Shown: positions 16,866-20,000 of the stretch, piece by piece | How the letters are laid out: each line of letters begins with the position of its first letter | Position numbering within the stretch: position 1 is the stretch's first letter | DNA from: an uncultured virus (IMG/VR IMGVR_UViG_3300048930_000155) | Taxonomy: Duplodnaviria; Heunggongvirae; Uroviricota; Caudoviricetes | Reading direction: 5' to 3' (one strand) | DNA: 20,000 nt | IMG/VR virus record: IMGVR_UViG_3300048930_000155 | Span: 61,740-81,739 of that record | Notes under the pieces: generated by a model | Told to the model about the DNA's origin: nothing | The model's database searches: none | The model's input: only the letters and a program-made list of their open reading frames with translations | Made by a program: the position numbers and the translations under genes

Positions 16866-17519
16866 TCATTGACCTTTCTTAATAACATTCTTTAAATACT
16901 GCACTACGGCTAGGTGCCCGTTACGAGCCGCCCAGCGTAGCGCCTCGTCGTCCTGGGCCCTAACGTTAGCGCCCTTTTCGACGAGGTACTGCACTACGGC
17001 TAGGTGCCCGTTATACGCCGCCTCGCGTAGCGCCTCGTCGTCACGGGCCCTAACGTTAGCGCCCTTTTCGATTAGGTACTGCACTACGGCGAGGTGACCG
17101 TTATTCGCCGCCCAGCGTAGCTCATAGTCGTCTTGGGCCCTAACGTCAGCGCCCTTTTCGACGAGGTACTGCACTACGACTAGGTGCCCGTTATACGCCG
17201 CCCAGCGCGGCGCATAGTCGTCACGGGCCCTAACGTCAGCGCCCTTTTCGATTAGGTACTGCACTACGTCTAGGTGACCATTCTCCGCCGCCCGGCGTAG
17301 CGCCTCGTCGTCACGGGCCCTAACGTTAGCGCCCTTTTCGACGAGGTACTGCACTACGGCTAGGTGACCGTTATACGCCGCCTCGCGTAGCGCCAAGTCG
17401 TCTAGGACCCTAACGTCAGCTCCCTTTTCGATTAGGTACTGCACTATGGCGAGGTGACCGTAGCGACTAAACGTGATTATATCATTGTTAAGATCTGTTT
17501 GAGTATTTGTGCCGCGCAT
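16866..17519 (-). CDS. Ankyrin-repeat protein 3 (6 repeats plus caps)
   Basis: Same unit; N-cap QTDLNNDIITFSRY; C-cap YLKNVIKKG. Confidence 0.93.
   Translation of the reverse strand: MRGTNTQTDLNNDIITFSRYGHLAIVQYLIEKGADVRVLDDLALREAAYNGHLAVVQYLVEKGANVRARDDEALRRAAENGHLDVVQYLIEKGADVRARDDYAPRWAAYNGHLVVVQYLVEKGADVRAQDDYELRWAANNGHLAVVQYLIEKGANVRARDDEALREAAYNGHLAVVQYLVEKGANVRAQDDEALRWAARNGHLAVVQYLKNVIKKGQ
16920..17459 (-). repeat. Six tandem 90-bp ankyrin-coding units
   Basis: 90-bp period with alternating LIEK and LVEK units. Confidence 0.97.
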
Positions 17520-17522
17520 TTA

Positions 17523-18083
17523 TCATTTCCCAAGAAAAGCTTGATAACTTCCCTGCTCATTGCAGGTCTTTATCTGAGCTTCAGTAAGCTTAATCTTATC
17601 AGCGCGTTTGCACTTTGCGCAAGCTAGAGATATTTCATACTTATCGTCAGAGTAGCTAAAAAATTGACTAGTAGAGACCGGGGTCTGGCAATAGTAACAA
17701 GTACTGCGAAGTTCTTCTGTTTTAGGCGTGCCTGAAAAAGGATTCGAAGTTTTAGCAAAGGGCCAACCATCATCCTCATCGCTAATAAATCCCAAGAACG
17801 GGGCCATGCGCGCATACGAATCAGTAACGCCCCAGTGCATACAGGCCACTTCACAATTAGTAAAGCTGATACTTGGCTCAGAGCAGTAACCTCTAGCCAA
17901 AATAGCAGCTACGACATTACTAACCTCTTCGTCATTAAAAATTGCGTATGTGCTGCGCATCAGGCCGCTCTCATCCTTATTGGCCCAAAAAATTACTTGA
18001 CCTGAACTAGTGGGGTACTGAATTACTACTATTCTAGTCTTAGGTGATTTCTTAAGACTGCGTATGATATAATTACTCATCAC
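17523..18083 (-). CDS. Hypothetical protein with C-terminal zinc-ribbon motif
   Basis: CYYC...CAKC pair near the C-terminus. Confidence 0.65.
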   Translation of the reverse strand: MMSNYIIRSLKKSPKTRIVVIQYPTSSGQVIFWANKDESGLMRSTYAIFNDEEVSNVVAAILARGYCSEPSISFTNCEVACMHWGVTDSYARMAPFLGFISDEDDGWPFAKTSNPFSGTPKTEELRSTCYYCQTPVSTSQFFSYSDDKYEISLACAKCKRADKIKLTEAQIKTCNEQGSYQAFLGK

Positions 18084-18309
18084 TAACCTCGGATAATGCG
18101 TCTATAAAGTTAACTACGTTTAAGTCTACACAAGCCTGTATCTCTTCTGGGGTACCGTCAGGTAACGTGTCTCTACAGTAACGCTCGAAATACTGCTCTA
18201 ATTTGGATATATCTACTTCGTGCCTAACAACTACAGGATCGCTAACTGTCCTGACTGTAATCTCCCCGCAACCTAATAAGGCGGCTAGCCCTAAGTATCT
18301 AATATTCAT
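18073..18309 (-). CDS. Small putative lipoprotein
   Basis: Start re-called to ATG 18309 after GGAGAGGA; MNIRYLGLAALLG-C lipobox. Confidence 0.6.
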   Translation of the reverse strand: MNIRYLGLAALLGCGEITVRTVSDPVVVRHEVDISKLEQYFERYCRDTLPDGTPEEIQACVDLNVVNFIDALSEVSDE

Positions 18310-18502
18310 ATTCCTCTCCATTATCAGTGAATAATTCGTCTTTAATCTGATAGTAGTGCTCATTCATTATAAAATCAATCTCATCGTCAGGTACATCAAA
18401 GCCGCTAGAAATGTACACGGCCCTGAGCACATCTAAATTATCCACGGAATCGCCGTATATCACGATGTCCACTAAGTTGCCGTTACTATCTTTAGCTATC
18501 AT
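18299..18502 (-). CDS. Small acidic hypothetical protein
   Basis: 67 aa, strong SD AAGGAG, D/E-rich. Confidence 0.7.
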   Translation of the reverse strand: MIAKDSNGNLVDIVIYGDSVDNLDVLRAVYISSGFDVPDDEIDFIMNEHYYQIKDELFTDNGEEYEY

Positions 18503-18532
18503 GTAAATCTCCTTTAAAATCTTAAATTGAGC

Positions 18533-18546
18533 TGCTATAATATAGC
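18533..18546. promoter_or_regulatory. Extended -10 element inside a palindrome
   Basis: TGCTATAAT on + (18533-18541) overlapping the inverted repeat GCTATA-A-TATAGC (18534-18546). Confidence 0.45.
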
Positions 18547-18550
18547 TACC

Positions 18551-18814
18551 ATGAATTCTTTCTCAGAGCAAGATGAGTTCGAGCTTTTTTTAGCCGAGTT
18601 GACTAATTCAGCGTATTGTCGTGCCGTATTCAATTTAAATTACGATAGCGCCCCGAAGCGGCTATCTGAGTTATTATGGGAAGCTTCTATTATCGAAGAG
18701 TCTTCGTGTACCCCTATATTTGCAATGCGCTCTAAACGTATACCATACTTTACGCTATTAGACCGTAATAGTCTAGTTACTGGTTACTACGGCGAATCTC
18801 TAGTAGAGGTCTGA
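18551..18814 (+). CDS. Possible lone plus-strand hypothetical protein
   Basis: ATG 9 nt after the extended -10; fills a ~300-bp gap with no minus-strand ORF in the track; may be non-coding. Confidence 0.35.
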   Translation: MNSFSEQDEFELFLAELTNSAYCRAVFNLNYDSAPKRLSELLWEASIIEESSCTPIFAMRSKRIPYFTLLDRNSLVTGYYGESLVEV

Positions 18815-19054
18815 CTGTGAGTATACTGAATTTTTATCTGGGGCTTTACCGAACAATGTTCGAGTCTCCACTCGAGTAAGGACGCACTGTTTTTCTAAAA
18901 ACGCACCAAACTCCTTTTTAAGAATAGCCCTAGCGTCCTGCTCAGTATCCCCAAACGCTGACACTTCCTCTAAGATATCACCCAAGAACTCGAACTGATA
19001 ATCATGTTCGGTGGTAGTTACGTCGAATATGAATAATGATTTAATCTGTTCCAT
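18800..19054 (-). CDS. Hypothetical protein
   Basis: 84 aa, abuts the upstream stop. Confidence 0.65.
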   Translation of the reverse strand: MEQIKSLFIFDVTTTEHDYQFEFLGDILEEVSAFGDTEQDARAILKKEFGAFLEKQCVLTRVETRTLFGKAPDKNSVYSQSDLY

Positions 19055-19528
19055 TTAGAAATCCCTTCCGTATTTAATTACTACGGTCTTATTGGATAGA
19101 ACCCCTACTCCTATACTAGCGTTATCTTGAATCTTTCTTAAATAATCTACTCCGATTACCGGACGTATCTGCTCTGCTACTGTGGCCTTGCCTATACGAA
19201 AGCCGTCCGAACCCTGTCCCATACTGAGCATTAAAGTATTTTGCCTAGCCCTATCCTGCTGACAAGCTGCTGTCACTACTTTAGTTATAACTTCGGTAAT
19301 GACCTTAGTCTCGGTCTTTATTACCTCTTTCGTAATTGTTACTGGATTAGACTTCAAGGATTCGATTTCGGCGGATAGCTTCGTAATTGTAGTCTGAAGT
19401 TCTTCATTAACTCTTTTATTAGCTAAGTTAGCCATAGCCGCGTCGTAAAGCGCTACCCGGAGTCCAAAGGATAGCAATAATATAAGCACTAAGCCTACTA
19501 TGATAATAATTCCTTTAATCTGTTTCAT
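19055..19528 (-). CDS. Membrane-anchored coiled-coil protein with C-terminal beta strands
   Basis: N-terminal TM helix, coiled coil, T/V/K-rich linker, amphipathic strands ending YGRDF. Confidence 0.7.
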   Translation of the reverse strand: MKQIKGIIIIVGLVLILLLSFGLRVALYDAAMANLANKRVNEELQTTITKLSAEIESLKSNPVTITKEVIKTETKVITEVITKVVTAACQQDRARQNTLMLSMGQGSDGFRIGKATVAEQIRPVIGVDYLRKIQDNASIGVGVLSNKTVVIKYGRDF

Positions 19529-19531
19529 TCA

Positions 19532-20000
19532 TTAACCTTTCTTAATAACGTTTTCTAAATACTTTACCACGTCTTCGTGACCCCTCGCCACCGCCCAGCG
19601 TAGCGCATAGTCGTCACGGGCCCTAACGTCAGCGCCCTTTTCGATTAGGTACTGCACTACGGCTAGGTGCCCTTTACTCGCCGCCCAGCGTAGAGCCTCG
19701 TCGCCACGGGCCCTAACGTCAGCGCCCTTTTCGACGAGGAACTGCACTACGGCTAGGTGACCGTAGCGCGCCGCCTCGCATAGCGCCTCGTCGTCCTGGG
19801 CCCTAACGTTAGCGCCCTTTTCGATTAGGTACTGCACTACGGCTAGGTGCCCGTAGCGCGCCGCTCCGCGTAGCGCATAGTCGTTATCAGCCCTAACGTC
19901 AGCGCCCTTTTCGATTAGGTACTGCACTACGGCTAGGTGCCCTTTACTCGCCGCCCAGCGTAGAGCCTCGTCGCCACGGGCCCTAACGTCAGCGCCCTTT
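19532..20000 (-). CDS. Ankyrin-repeat protein 4 (at least 4 full repeats; 5'-truncated by window)
   Basis: Frame is open to the window end; same unit; C-cap GHEDVVKYLENVIKKG. Confidence 0.92.
   Translation of the reverse strand, partial: KGADVRARGDEALRWAASKGHLAVVQYLIEKGADVRADNDYALRGAARYGHLAVVQYLIEKGANVRAQDDEALCEAARYGHLAVVQFLVEKGADVRARGDEALRWAASKGHLAVVQYLIEKGADVRARDDYALRWAVARGHEDVVKYLENVIKKG
19583..20000 (-). repeat. Four full plus one partial 90-bp ankyrin-coding units
   Basis: Full units span 19583-19942; a partial unit runs to the window edge. Confidence 0.97.

Noticed and set aside
14145..17854. ORFs 14145-14354 (+) and 17624-17854 (-)
   Set aside because: They overlap better-supported genes on the opposite strand or in another frame.
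1..20000. Stop-codon reassignment suggested by frequent TAG
   Set aside because: Long conserved genes are intact in the standard code, and TAG ends genes at sensible places (for example 7532).
1..20000. Giant-virus (NCLDV) origin of the whole window
   Set aside because: SD motifs, sigma70-like promoters, ATGA coupling, PolA, bacterial-type SSB and lipoproteins indicate a bacteriophage.
1..20000. Complete diversity-generating retroelement as a feature
   Set aside because: No reverse transcriptase or non-coding template repeat is in the window; kept only as a hypothesis.

Overview
A gene-dense fragment of a tailed dsDNA bacteriophage genome in standard genetic code, with two convergent gene blocks (+ strand 1-13346, - strand 13314-20000). 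The + block is a recombination/replication module: Cas4-like PD-(D/E)XK nuclease, putative Rad52/Sak-like annealing protein, tail-less SSB, AEP primase-SF4 helicase with a 350-aa LAGLIDADG intein in Walker A, and a family A DNA polymerase. It continues with small accessory genes and a PLP enzyme whose motifs resemble the plant TAA1/alliinase family. The most striking feature is four dispersed ankyrin-repeat genes built from one 90-bp, GC-rich unit (21 complete copies). The unit framework is nearly identical at nucleotide level, while variation is concentrated in codons for the ankyrin binding face. The genes share N- and C-caps, and each C-cap carries the ribosome-binding site of the next gene. 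This looks like a natural, recombining DARPin-like binder library. No structural genes, tRNAs, CRISPR arrays or reverse transcriptase were seen. All family calls come from motif recognition, not database searches.
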